Source: Bugula neritina
Lineage: Eukaryota; Animalia; Bryozoa
NCBI GenBank assembly: GCA_964035545.1
Contig: OZ037768.1
Coordinates: forward strand, 5,736,741 to 5,800,740
Direction of reading: 5' to 3'
DNA length: 64,000 nt
How positions within the stretch are numbered: position 1 is the first letter of the stretch; the number at the start of each line of letters is the position of its first letter. The position numbers and the translations under genes were made by a program. Shown here one piece after another: positions 46,684 to 59,371 of this stretch. A model generated the notes under the pieces. That model saw nothing but the letters and a program-made list of their open reading frames with translations, searched no databases and was not told the DNA's origin.

Positions 46684-49600
46684 ATGGATCAGAGCACAAA
46701 TGAAGCTACTTCATCACCAGCCGGTATGACTACTAGAAAGCGATCTAGAGCATCAATGCAGATAGCCCCATCTTCTACACCAGTAGTTAATACTGATGCC
46801 TCTGTTGCTGGCTCAATTGCAGCATCAACATCTAGTGTAAGAATCTTCTTTCAATATTTCAGAAATATTGTTTGAGGACTCAGGACATATGTATTCTACA
46901 ACTATGCTACACCACCAGCCACACAAATTAGCTGGAGTAGCTTTTATTTTACGTTTGTTGGTAAACTTTGCATAATATGTAGATTGATTGAGTTCTTAGA
47001 ATATTATCATTGGGTTTTGAGAGGCAAAAATAGTTAAATTTAGGTAATTTAATGTTATGAGTTTGCACAAATTTTGTTTTACTATAAATACATATTTCTA
47101 TAGGCTGAGGATGCAACACCCTTGTCTAATGTTGCCCATGCTCCTCGCAAAAAGGCAAGGCTAACACCCACCCTTACCCCTGTGGAGTCTACAGAGTCTG
47201 CTGCCGATACACCAGACACTAGTTTGATACCCGATGCCTCAAATATTTGTGAGGACGGCGTGAAGCCCACTCAACTAAAATATGAGCCAAAGCAAATAAT
47301 CTTGGGAACTCTGCACTGCTATGCACCTTCACACTTAGTACTGAAACCAGATGGTCTTTTGCTATCCATAAAAAGTAAGAGTATTTCAGCCAACTTTTTT
47401 TAATGAGCTGGTGAATTCATTTTAACTAAAGACAAGCCTTAAATAGTGAACTTCAATTTTAATTTCATAAAATATCTGCCAGTTATAAAATCTTAACACG
47501 TTGAACGCTTTTTGAATAATCTTCTGCAACTTTCTGTTAATATTTGGTTTGTGCTTTGTAGCACAGAAAAATGAGAGTGCGGAGGTGGTGCTCACGTTCC
47601 GCTCTATTAATGAATATTTGGTCTGTGACTCTCCAGCACTGCCACTTTTGATCATAAGAAGTTTTGGGTCATTTGGTGAGACGATAAGGGGTGCTCTCCC
47701 TTCATTAAAACGAACAGATGAGTTACTCAGTGCTGATGTGTTTGACCCTCTCTCTTCAGGTGAGTATCTAAATAGGCTATTCATCTTTGGCCATCATTGG
47801 CCTTCTATTACATATAGAGCTCGGACAGGTTTGGGTTTCTGTATTGTTATTAGCTGCCACAAGATTCTTTTCTAATGAAAAGTCTATTTGATTTTTCTGC
47901 ATCTCCGGTTCACAAGCTGTTTTTTTTATATTTCAACTTCTCTAACAGCTGTTTGGAAATTACTTTAGATAATATGGGTGATAGATTGTTATCTCCTTCT
48001 AGCAGTATTTCAAATTTATTTACAAAGTATCTCTAACTTCAGTTAGTTTGATGTCCCCCAAACCAAAATAATTTTGGTTAGAATAAGTATCTATTGACAA
48101 TAATAGCTGTCATTTGCATTTTGGATATAAAGCTCTATAATAGTTAAATTCTGGGCCCGTGTGATTATGTAGTAATAGAAATTGTAGGCTTTTGGTAAAA
48201 TTGTTTTAAATGAAGTAGTTTCTTTGTGACTCTAGTGTTATGCTATGTAACATGTAGCCATTGGTTATAATAACTATCATTCAACACATTTTACGTTGTT
48301 TTAGATAAATGCCACAGTTTCATCATGTTTGAAATGAAGTCAATTGGTGAACTGTGTGATCTCATCTCTAAGCTAATGCATTTCAATGCAAATGAAGAGT
48401 AAGTTGTATTAAATAAATACACTGCTGCTTTTTGCTCTATGTTCATTCGGTTTTGAAACTTTGCTGCAGTGTACCTAATTAGTTTTGATGTGTGTGTCAG
48501 CAGTTATCTTTACTTTCTCCGAGGTTTGGTTATATGATATTGTGCTAGATTATTTCGAAAAAGTTTTCACATGGTAGTGCTAGATAGTATGCAAATGCCA
48601 GAGACAATACCTTTTTATAGATTGTTGAATGCTGAGTAATTAAAACATGCTTTGCAAAAATTTCTCTTTTCCTATTGTATAATTTTTTGACACGTATTTA
48701 TCAACTTGTGGAGGTATACTTACTGACATGTACTTACCTATGAATACTACTTTATGGTTCAGTTTTTCAACTGGTCGCCTGCTGGTGCCTCGATCTATAT
48801 CATTAGAAGAAGCTAAGCGAAAACTTCACTCTACACAATGCGTCGTCTTCAAGTGGAAAGAAATGCAATTAGGCACGTGGAAGTCCAAGCCTTGTGCAGA
48901 TAGTACTGTTCACATGTCAGGCAGCAGGATTAAATTCAAAGCCAACAGTGAGTCTTAAATGTTGTAATGTGCTTTTGATGATTACTGGAAACTACTTTTC
49001 TGCTTACACTAATGTCATTGGGATGCATTATCAGTTTTGTTATCAAGTGTAAAGTATCAATACGTGTTGAACACCCAAGTTTTGGGTCTTGCTATAACAA
49101 GGATTAGTATTTCAATATATGTTGTGTTTAATTTTGTTCCATGTGTGCACAATGTACTTTAGTAGTAAATGTTACACTTTTGTATTTTTCATTTTCTAGC
49201 TGGGGTAGGAGCCGATGTAACTTTGGCAATTCATCTCAATGAAATCAACTCTCTCATGCTATGTGTGGCGCAGGCAAACCCGGTGTTATTTATACGAACT
49301 ACTGAGGCGTTTGGCTGGTCAGCCAGAGATAGGCTTGGCATTTCATCAACCTTTCAACAGGGCAAGGACTACTACAATCCAGACAGTCCAGGTATTGGCA
49401 TGCGTGGTGATTTTAAAGCTATAGTGAATGTGTAATTATTATGCATTACTTAAATTTATTTATCACATTTTTTATTTCTGTTGCAGAAACAAGATTCAAG
49501 TTTATAACATTTAAGCTAGAAAAACAGGGCGTTTCTCGAGAGTCTTGGCAGAACATGTACGAAGTTTCCGGGGAAAGATATTTTACATTTGATCACATCT

Positions 49601-51891
49601 CTTCACGTGTCGCCACAGAGATGCTGCACAAACTTATCTATCAACCAGTGCAGTGTACTTCTGTCAGAGTTGGTGCCAATGAATTTGATGAGATACGAGC
49701 TGTGACCATTCACTTTGACAGTTTATGTATTTGTGGTAAGTAGAAACGTGGTTTCTGGTGGTTTCTGGTATCGGATAGTAATGGTGCGGCGTAGTGGCCA
49801 TCAGCATTTGGACTTTTCGGAGAAATTTCTGGAATGTTTTGACTTTATATTCCAAAAACTTTTTTTGGCTAACTGAAATTTCTTTCAAAGAATGTTATTA
49901 GGAAGTTTTTCTACCCTGTCACTACCTTGTTTAATATTTTTTGATGGAACGTTTTCACTGTTAATTTATTATAATGCTTGGAAGGCTACACGATAAGTTT
50001 AATTATTTGAATAAACTTGGTAATAGCTGTAGTAGAATATAACCCTGATATATGTTATGTTGCATTGCCTTTGCCCAGGTTGCATGCTCGACTCTGTCGT
50101 TACCATGAATATCTGTATTGCTGACATCAAAGAGCTGAGCATATGCTTACATGACAAAGTGCCTGTGCTGTTTGTCAAGACCTCTACTGCTATAAGTGAC
50201 ACTTTAAAGAAAAACATGGCTTCCAGATCTGCGGATGTATTTTTTGATCCCAACTCTAAGGGTAGGCATATACCTCTATCAACCAACGCGTAGATCCTGG
50301 TCTTGAGCTCATTTCGGGTGGGGATTCCCTCAACTTAGCCATGTATTCAGGAAAAATGAACAATTTTTGGTACATCTATTAAGCATTCTGTTGTTGACCC
50401 TTGAAAATTGAAAAAGGCTTAATGTTCCAGTTATATTATACTTTCTTTGAAAGCAGCAATTTTATCAAGCAGTAATATACTGGTTTCACATGGATTTTTC
50501 ATCTTCACATTTGTATGATTTATACCGTTTTAGACATAAAAACACAGTACATAGTGATTGAGCTGAGCACCACGTCAAAGCCCTCCTTGAAGAAAATCCA
50601 TCATACGTTACAGACAGTGTTGAGTAACTTCAATGACCGGTGTAATGTGTATGTATTGTTTATTGAGCTCAAAATTTATTTGCCAAAGTTTTATTATTTG
50701 CATATTAGATGAACTTGCATAGAAATGCATGAGCCAATATGCTAGCCAATTTCTACAGTTACACATTTGGAATATGAAAATTTTAAGCTGTTGTGGAGAA
50801 AAAAAAGTTGTGTCCACAATGTGGACGCTGCGCATGAAAAGTTAACATTATGTACAAGTGAAATGTGAATAATATTGCAGGCCCAGGGAACAGAGGGCTA
50901 ATTTTGTGAAGTTATTGTCCAAACAAAAAGCTGAAGAACTGGTTGCCAAGATTAAGGAGCCACTTCCAGCGAAAGAGTGTGTGTGCGGTGAGCATAGTGT
51001 TATATTAAACTTGAATTTACTTAGAAAGTTACACAGCATATTTGTAATTTGGTTACATATATTTACATGTTACAACAATAGTCGCCATCTAATAATTGTA
51101 GGGAAACAACTACTGGTACATAGCTACATTGATATAATATATTATATAATATTTTTTTCCCATGAAAGGATTTTATATTAAAATAATTGAATTTTACATA
51201 TTGCATTTGTAGGACACATGTGTAAGGTTAATTTAAATATTTGTTTTATGCATAGAGTGAGTTCATGCTAAATGGATAAAAGTAAATCTGAGTTTGAAAA
51301 CAATTACTTAGGAACTATTAACTAGATTACATAAAAACCATTAATAATATAACTGTGGATTGGATTTTGTAGGCAAAAAAGAAGACATTAAACATAGGGA
51401 GGTATGTTTATTTATTTGAGATCTACAATAATGTTAACCCATGTTACAAATATTGCATGACTCTACTGTGTTACAAATATGCGGCTATGCAACTTCTTTT
51501 ATGCTTCTGCGAACTGCACTGAAATAAAATTCATTTACAAATTTTGGATCAACAGTTTTATAGCTTATAAAAGGCAGTTGTAATGTTGTATGATTTTGAT
51601 AATTTCTTCTAAGTTTATAAAAGTTGATAATTGAACTGGTGTTTTTTTTCACAGGAAGTCAAGCAATATGTACAATCGATGACCCAGAGACATGGCTGTA
51701 GCGCATTAGAAAAGATAGCATCAAGAGCTGTTGATTTACAAAAGAAGATCCTGTGCTCCGTGTGTCTTGATAAAGATTGTCAAATAGTGTTTACTTGTGG
51801 TCACATGATATGTGAAAGATGTGATCAGTCGTTACGTAAATGTCATATCTGCCGAATGAAAATATTGAAGAGGATTAAGATTTTTATGTGA
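46684..51891 (+). CDS. Uncharacterised ~667-aa protein: disordered basic N-terminus, three tandem SENP6/7-like PH-type repeats, C-terminal C3HC4 RING (putative E3 ligase)
   Basis: 12 exons with compatible phases: 46684-46836, 47104-47374, 47562-47759, 48305-48398, 48763-48947, 49200-49391, 49487-49735, 50079-50261, 50534-50639, 50881-50987, 51373-51401, 51655-51891 (2004 nt). RING: CSVCLDKDCQIVFTCGHMICERCDQSLRKCHICR. Repeats share P(V/L)L(F/I) and (F/Y)(D/N)PxS motifs. Confidence 0.8.
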
Positions 51892-52135
51892 GCAGGTTTT
51901 TTTACATGTATATATTCTTCTGTACTCTCTTTGTTTGCTACATGAATTGCATCCCTTATAAGCTTTGAGATTCACATCATGAGTTTATAACAACTTAACA
52001 TAAAAAAGTGCATCAAGACATTTATTAGTTTTTATTGTAGATTATTTTATTTCTTGTCAATAATTTAACTGCGCATAAAATATATAAAATAAAGTTTTAT
52101 TTTTTGTATAATAACATGTTGATAAATAAATGTAG

Positions 52136-53712
52136 TTAAAAAAACTTCACTCCATCATTTGCTCCACCAAGTGATATTAATTCAGCTTTTCCTGATGATT
52201 GCAATGTTTTTAAGGCACGTACTAATAGCCAGTTTTCTATTCCATGGAATTCTAAACAAAACCAAAGATTATTTATCCTATAGGCTGACATTTAAATAAT
52301 GGGTTATGAGAAACAAAAATTTAAAAGAACTGAAAATTGAACTCACCCTGTCCCTCACTGTCCTCCCCATTAGTTAACTCGTAAAGGGTGCAAACAGTAT
52401 TCATAAGTCCAAAGCTTTTAGCCTTGAAATACATGGAATGACAATTTTAACAAATAGAATATAAGTATAATAAATATTATTTGTGTAGTAATGCTAATTA
52501 TCCAATAACTTGTAAAATACTCACCCAGTCATAAATAAGTTTTCCCCATTCTTCAGGTGTTCGCCACATGATAATGCAGCTCTTTTTATTAGTATCTAAC
52601 CATTCCACATGTCCCTTCTTTGACAAAACATTAAGTATCCCTACTATGTGTTCTGTAGCTAGTTTTCCTGTTGAATAATTAAACCAGTTGCTACTAAAAA
52701 TTTATGGTACAATTTGGAAAATATCAAGTTTTGTGTCACAAACATTATGCAGCTACAGAGCAATACAAATTCAACATACTCTGTATTGATTTGTTGTTAA
52801 AAAGGGGACCAGCAGATATCTCTGCAACATCTAACTGATGGGTCTTGTAGTGTTTGCAATAGGAGAGTACGAGGGTGCACCAAGCTTCTTCCTGCTTTCT
52901 TCGGGTGTCAGCATTAGGCTGTAACCTGCAGAAAAGTTGTATACAATGTAACACTATCTAATTGAAAAATACTACAAATATATTTTAAATATAAGCATAA
53001 TGATCATGACAAACTTGAAGTAATAAAATTAAATATAAACATAATAATAATCATAATGATAATCATCAGCACAGTTAAACTTAATTAGTTAATGAGTTAT
53101 AGTAAAGTTATAGTATTACTTAATTTCATATTTCAACTTGGTCTTTTAGTTTTACTTACAGCTATCATTTCTTAGTCACTAACTTTGTGATGCTATCATA
53201 ATTATAATGATAGATGATAATCATTATGATTAATCAGTGACTTTGAATTTAGATGAATATAAACATTATAAATTATCATGAGTCATTATGATTATGGTTA
53301 CAACTATAACTATAACTGAGTATAAGTAAAAGTTAAAGTATAACATTAACTTAATGATTAACTATCATTATACTTTATAGCAATATGAATATGAATAATT
53401 TAATTCAATAACTATGATTATAATCATAATAACTATAGTGTCAATGAATAGATTATTAGTTATTACGATGATTTAAATTTCATATTAATATTTCATTATG
53501 ATAAAGTGATAATCATAATGATTATAATTATTTATAATGATAATCTTATTACAAGTTGAAATTATAATTATTTATAATATTAACAGTAAATACGTATTAA
53601 TATAATATAATGTATTCATAATTAAATATCAAAGTTAGACTTGAAGTTCTCACGTATAGAAAGGTGGAAAATCATGCTGCCATGGCCAAGGAAAACTATC
53701 GTCAGTAGTCAT
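52136..53712 (-). CDS. VPS25: ESCRT-II subunit VPS25, 179 aa
   Basis: Exons 53712-53654, 52925-52780, 52667-52525, 52422-52347, 52251-52136. FPWPWQHDFPPFYTLQPNADTRRKQ, WRTPEEWGKLIYDW, NTVCTLYELTNGED, terminal GVKFF*. Confidence 0.97.
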
Positions 53713-53860
53713 TACTTTTATAAGCAACAAAAAGAAATCTAAGAACAAAAGCAGGTGCAGTTCAAAATGGAAAAATTGTATGCTGCGGATACCTTTTAGT
53801 TATGGAGTTGTTTTACTTATTAAGACGATAACTCTAGGATGTTACCACAAATTTGCTGTA
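53713..53860. promoter_or_regulatory. Probable compact bidirectional promoter (VPS25 / UBE2F non-coding first exon)
   Basis: VPS25 ATG at 53712 on minus. A plus-strand donor (GCT|gtaaga, ~53858) could splice to the acceptor at 55077 just upstream of the UBE2F ATG. Confidence 0.4.
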
Positions 53861-55090
53861 AGAAATAGTAGATTTTAGGTTTTTTGACTTTTAAAGAATT
53901 GCTAGATGCAGCTCGACATTCAAAGTCACTGAGTGCAAAGTTTTTATTGTCCAAACTTTAAACCTAAATTCGCCCCAAAACCGCTGCACTCAGTAATTGC
54001 ACTACTTCTATCGATCTTCTCATTTTTATTTCTACTCAAATGCATTATAATTAGCAAGTCCAGTTTTTTCTTTTATTACAAGCCAGAACCAGTTAGTCTT
54101 TTACTAGCAGTGCTAGTAATAAAAAGCCAAAAGGTATTATAAATGTTGATGTAGATATTGTTAATAGCAAGTTAGTAAACTCTTGTATTTATATTGTCAT
54201 TATGATTATGGTAAACTAGAAGTGATTAAGACTTAGTATCAGTAGTGCTAGATTTATTAGACTTACTCTTAGTATTACAGTATTAGTATTACTTTTACTC
54301 TGTTAGTGTTAGTATAACACTATAAGTATTGATAATTATAATAATCATAATGATATTATTAACACTTATACTTATAGTTATTCTGTAAATCAAGATGTAT
54401 TGAGTACAAAATCTATCAATAAAAGTAAAACTCACAGTTACTTCCCATTGGCTTTGAGGCAAAATTTTTTGAAGATATCAAGCACTTGGACACACTAAAA
54501 CTTAAACTAAAATGTTGTAAAACTAAGAGTACTTCTGTGAAGGAAAAGTTGAGTCATTTTATTGTTTTAGACTTTAAAAGTTGCATTTGATACTGTGCGC
54601 TAAAATTTGCTGATCAAGAAAATATAGAGATTAATACAGTCTGGTTGTGAAGATTTACTGAAAAAATCTATTTGTCATTATGTTAAACTAGTGATAAAAA
54701 TGAAGGTGCTGCTCAAAAACGCTGCTTATAATATATATTATGTGGTATGACTGCACTGAGACCTGGAAACATGCAACTGACATTTTAAATTCACCATAAA
54801 ACATGAAAATTTTCTGGAGACACAGCATTATGCATGTCTATATTTTCCTCTCTTTTAATTCTTTTATTTTGATTTTGCTGGTGCTTTTTAATTTTATTTA
54901 CCGGTTCACCTCTATAACTTGGCTTTTTAGGTACTGTGCATGGACAAGTTAAATCTGTACTGTTGATTTTGTATAAAAAGTATACTATTTTCTAAAACTG
55001 CAAATAACTAGAGCTGACTCAGACTCATCTTTCTACAGCTTACAATTTTTTATTTCGATTAATCTTTTTTGTTGTAGTGCTAATTGAAGT

Positions 55091-58000
55091 ATGTACAATT
55101 TACAGAAAAGAATTAAGGAACAAACTAATAAAAAGACTAGCTCAGAACCAACATGTGAAAATTCTACTGGTAGAGTCTCTGTTAGGGATCGTCTTCTCAT
55201 TCAAGGTGCAATATTAGACAATAAACATACCTTTTGCAACAAATAATTAGAGTTAGCATCATAGTATTGCCTTTTTAGCATGCTCTACTTGTCCACCATC
55301 TTGTAATGCTACTACAAGCCATCCTAGTTTTGGGTAGCCACATAAAATAATGTAGATATATCTTTTGTATGGCTGTTTAGGTTGAACCAATAGAGCTATG
55401 AACTTGCTTCAAGTGCTAATATTCAGTCTCTTATCAAATATAAAAAATTCTTAACTGTTTGTCTGCAAAGCTTCAGCTTCACCAGGATTTCTAAGCTTGT
55501 TACTTATATTTTATAACGTGGTTGTTATTGAATATTATTTTTATCCTATGATGTTTTATTACTTTGGAGTTGCCTTCCTTATAACATAAACCCCCTATAT
55601 AACTTTGTGCATAGGTTTATAATTCTGATAGGCTGCTGTGGTTGACAAAAATTGCATATATTAATATTGGTATTTAAAAGAAAAAAATACTGATAGATTG
55701 TGTTATGCTCTTTAAATCAGTCCTATGACTGGCAAATGTCAAATTTAATTAAATTATAACACTACTAATAACAAAAGTGAGTTCTCCAAGAGATGTAGTG
55801 TTTCCTGTTTTAGAAGTCAATGAAGTGCCAGATCACCTTCCTAAAGGATGTAATATTATATTTCCTAATCCTGATAGACTCCATGAAATTCTTCTCCGTA
55901 TCAATCCCAACTCAGGTTATTGGAAAGGTGGCACGTTTGAGTTTGAAATTTCGGTGCCCTTGGAATACAATATTATGGTAACTAACCATCAGTCTTGCGT
56001 CAGAAATATATTTCAGTTTATTTTTTGGACACATTATAATGTGCTCCTGGAAGAGTATATAATGCCTGTGACTGAAATGAAACTACCTCTGCACATGTAA
56101 CAAACTACTTATATCCACATGATTTATTTATTGATAGAGTGTTATTGACTTGAACAAATAAACAATTAATAAATCAGATAATCATCTAAAGCTCTGTTGA
56201 TTGACTGCATAATATTGATAACGTATTTAGTTTTTTTTTGCAATGCAAGTATGGCTTATATCTCCATTAATCTGTTGGGTATTTTACGAACTCTTGTTAC
56301 AGCCCCCATCAGTCAAATGCAAGACCAAGATTTGGCACCCCAACATTGACATCAATGGAGTTGTCTGCCTTAGTATATTGAGAAGCAGATCTCTGGACCC
56401 CACGGGCTGGGCACCTACAAGAACTCTAAAAGACGTTATTTGGGGAATCTGCGCTCTATTTGGTGTAAGTTTTACTTTAATCAACACCCTATGGCATACT
56501 TAAAAAGTAAGGCTATAAAAGTCTAAAGCAGGTCTGTTCAACAGGCGACCCCAAGGTCGGATGTGGCCCTTAGCCTACATTTATGTAGCCCTCAAAGGCA
56601 TAACAAATAAAATTATTTTGCACACATATATGAATTAGAGTGAAAAACCACCTTTTAAATGCCTTATTTATATACATGCTACAAAACATGCAACCTGCAG
56701 TATTTATTGGGACTTCATTGTTTAATGACTTATAGGAATTTGGAATAAAGTGATTTGAAAAATACTCAACTTGGGGCCCCAGCTCAAGCTAAAGTTTACA
56801 ATATATCCTTTGCCACCAGAATATTTCTTTTCAGTGGCCCTTGCTCTGAAAAGGTTGGACACCCCTGGTCCAAAACTATTTTAAATTTTGATGTCAACTA
56901 GTTAGTATTTTCTTCAATGAAGATCAGCTATTTAAATCTTATGAAAATGGGTAACACCTAGTTGCTTGCTTTATATACAAAAACTTTTTCCAATATCACT
57001 GTAATTTATTTCTTTCTTTAATTTATCATGGTTTTGTGAAGGTATTACAAATTTGGTTCATCAAGCATTGGTTATCATCTTATTTGAAAGAAATGCAAAG
57101 CAATCATAGCCTGACAGACGTTTGGATGTCAAAATAATATTTGAACCATATCTAAATCTTATTACTATAAATGAAAGGAATTTGAGGAGAATTAACAAAA
57201 AATGCTAAAATGTATAACAACTATGACTTTTATGGATGAAACCTAGTCAAGTTTTGCTAGATGTTGCATTGCATTTAAATAGTTTTTTTGTGAATGGTAC
57301 CGAGTGCAATGTACAATCATAGTCTTGCACAATGTCACTGTAGTTCATTAAAACCAAACACTGGCTCCACCAGCTGTTTCCTAATAGAAAGACTATTACT
57401 AAGCCACATGTTGATATTTATAGTGAGAGAATAGTTAACTAAAATTTGAAATAAAGCATTGCATTTCATTTGTCAGATTTTGAACTAAAGCTAAAATATA
57501 TCCAAGCAATGTTTAATTGAACTCCATTTAATCAACCGAAAAAGTCAAGATCCCACTGTACTTTGAAATTTGTGTCAAAAACATATAATTTTAACATTTT
57601 TTATTCCTGGTGCCAACTGACACAAGTCTCTGTAAGAACATATTTTTGTTCCAGGTGTAATACACAAATGGAATGCACTACAGAGCGTAGTGACTTGACA
57701 TAATGTATGTTATTCTTGGATAAAAGAGGAAGAATATTAATATAGTTTTTTTCTCAATTAAGGTCATGTCCTAATTAATTGCCACAATGGCATTAGATAG
57801 TTTAATTAAACAATACATTACTTTTGGTTTATTTTGATTACTTTAGATTTACTTGCTCTGCCATTGACTAGTTCTTTTTCAGCACATTTGTAAATAGTTT
57901 AATTAGTACGTCTGGTTTTACAGGATCTCCTTAACTTTGACGATCCACTAAACGTGGAAGCGGCAGACCTTTATTTGAAAGACAAAGTGAGTGGCAATAA

Positions 58001-58405
58001 ACACTATGCTTTAATTAAGTAGCTTCTATTATAAATGTTACATTTTGAATGTAATTTTCATAACTTTATCAGAACTTTAAAATCTTACTTGTTTTTCTAT
58101 GACATATCTTCTATTTAAAACTAAAATATTGTTTACACTAATAGATAGTGTTAAAGCAAACATTTTACTCAAACTATTCAATTCTTCAGAATAAGGGGAC
58201 TTGCTTGGTATGGCAATAGCCAAAGAGAAATTCCAATACTGACTATATAGTTAGAGCTATGTTATGCTAGTTGCTCTGCTGTGCTCCATGACCTGCTTTC
58301 AGTCTGCATACTCAACCATGAAAGTGTTTTTTGACTTGTATGTTTTAGGTAGCATTTGAAAGCAAAGTGAAACACTATGTGAACTGTTATGCAAGATACT
58401 TGTAG
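55091..58405 (+). CDS. UBE2F: NEDD8-conjugating enzyme UBE2F, 186 aa
   Basis: Exons 55091-55205, 55814-55977, 56303-56464, 57924-57986, 58349-58405. [22 protein letters not shown]; catalytic region [17 protein letters not shown] with the UBE2F-type [19 protein letters not shown]; [13 protein letters not shown]. Confidence 0.93.
56529..56867. mobile_element. Non-autonomous hAT (Charlie-like) MITE in a UBE2F intron
   Basis: Imperfect TIRs caggtctgttcaac / gttggacacccctg, subterminal GGCCC motifs, and a degenerate 8-bp TSD (gtctaaag vs gtccaaaa). Confidence 0.7.
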
Positions 58406-59371
58406 CAGCACACAGTGGATACTAGAACTAAATAATTCTACATACTTCTTGGCAGGAATAATGCTACTAGAAAATATTGTATGATTTCAAGTTTTCTTAA
58501 ATTTGAATTTTTCAAGAATACTTACGGAGCTGTTGCTAGTTTTCAAACCTTTGTGCAATTTTAGGTCTTAACTTTTAAGACATTAATATATCTGTTCTAT
58601 GTATATAATTATATTAATATTGCTCTGCTATAATATTATTTCCCAAGTTATGTCCAATTAAAATCAGCTATCATTCATTTTATGGTCTCTAGTAGCACAA
58701 TTCTATTGTAGCTGTCATTTTAGTATATTTGTAAACTGTAATTCAATATGGGTGTACGGTTAAATGCATGGAGAAATTGTTGACCTACAAAGACATGCAG
58801 ACCATAAAACACTAATTAGGTCGATCTGGCACTCTACTTCCAGGACTTTAATTATAGTTCTCTGTATTACATATTCTATGTTTCATTTACTGATGCCACT
58901 CATAACCTTATAGTCACACCGGTCAGATTTGACCCATATATATAAGCTATGCCGTTTGCATTTAAAAAATGAGTTCTTAATTTAATGAATCAAATGTAAT
59001 TTATTTACACTATTTTTTAAAAAATATAACATACTACATACAGTCTGAAGTCATTTTATGTACACTGGTGGCACGGTAGTGGCTGTAATTTTGCTATTGG
59101 TGTATCTGAAACTTCAAACCATGGCAACTGCTTACAAGTTCATCTTATAAGTGTAATACATGTAAACAAACTCCAGCTATTATGCTTTTTGCAATCAGAT
59201 GCTTAATAAATATTTAAGAATCACCATCGATTTATAAAAAAAATCTTAGTCATTTTACATATAATTATTATCCACTGTTGTTGGTGCAAAATGCACTAAA
59301 TGCTCAAATAAATATCTTTTGCACATCATCATAGCACCATCCTATCATTTCAACGCACATTGAATACTCCA

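Noticed and set aside
46684-58405. RING E3, VPS25 and UBE2F adjacent as a ubiquitin-like-pathway cluster
   Set aside because: Animal gene adjacency rarely implies function. UBE2F works with RBX2/CUL5, and the genes are on different strands.
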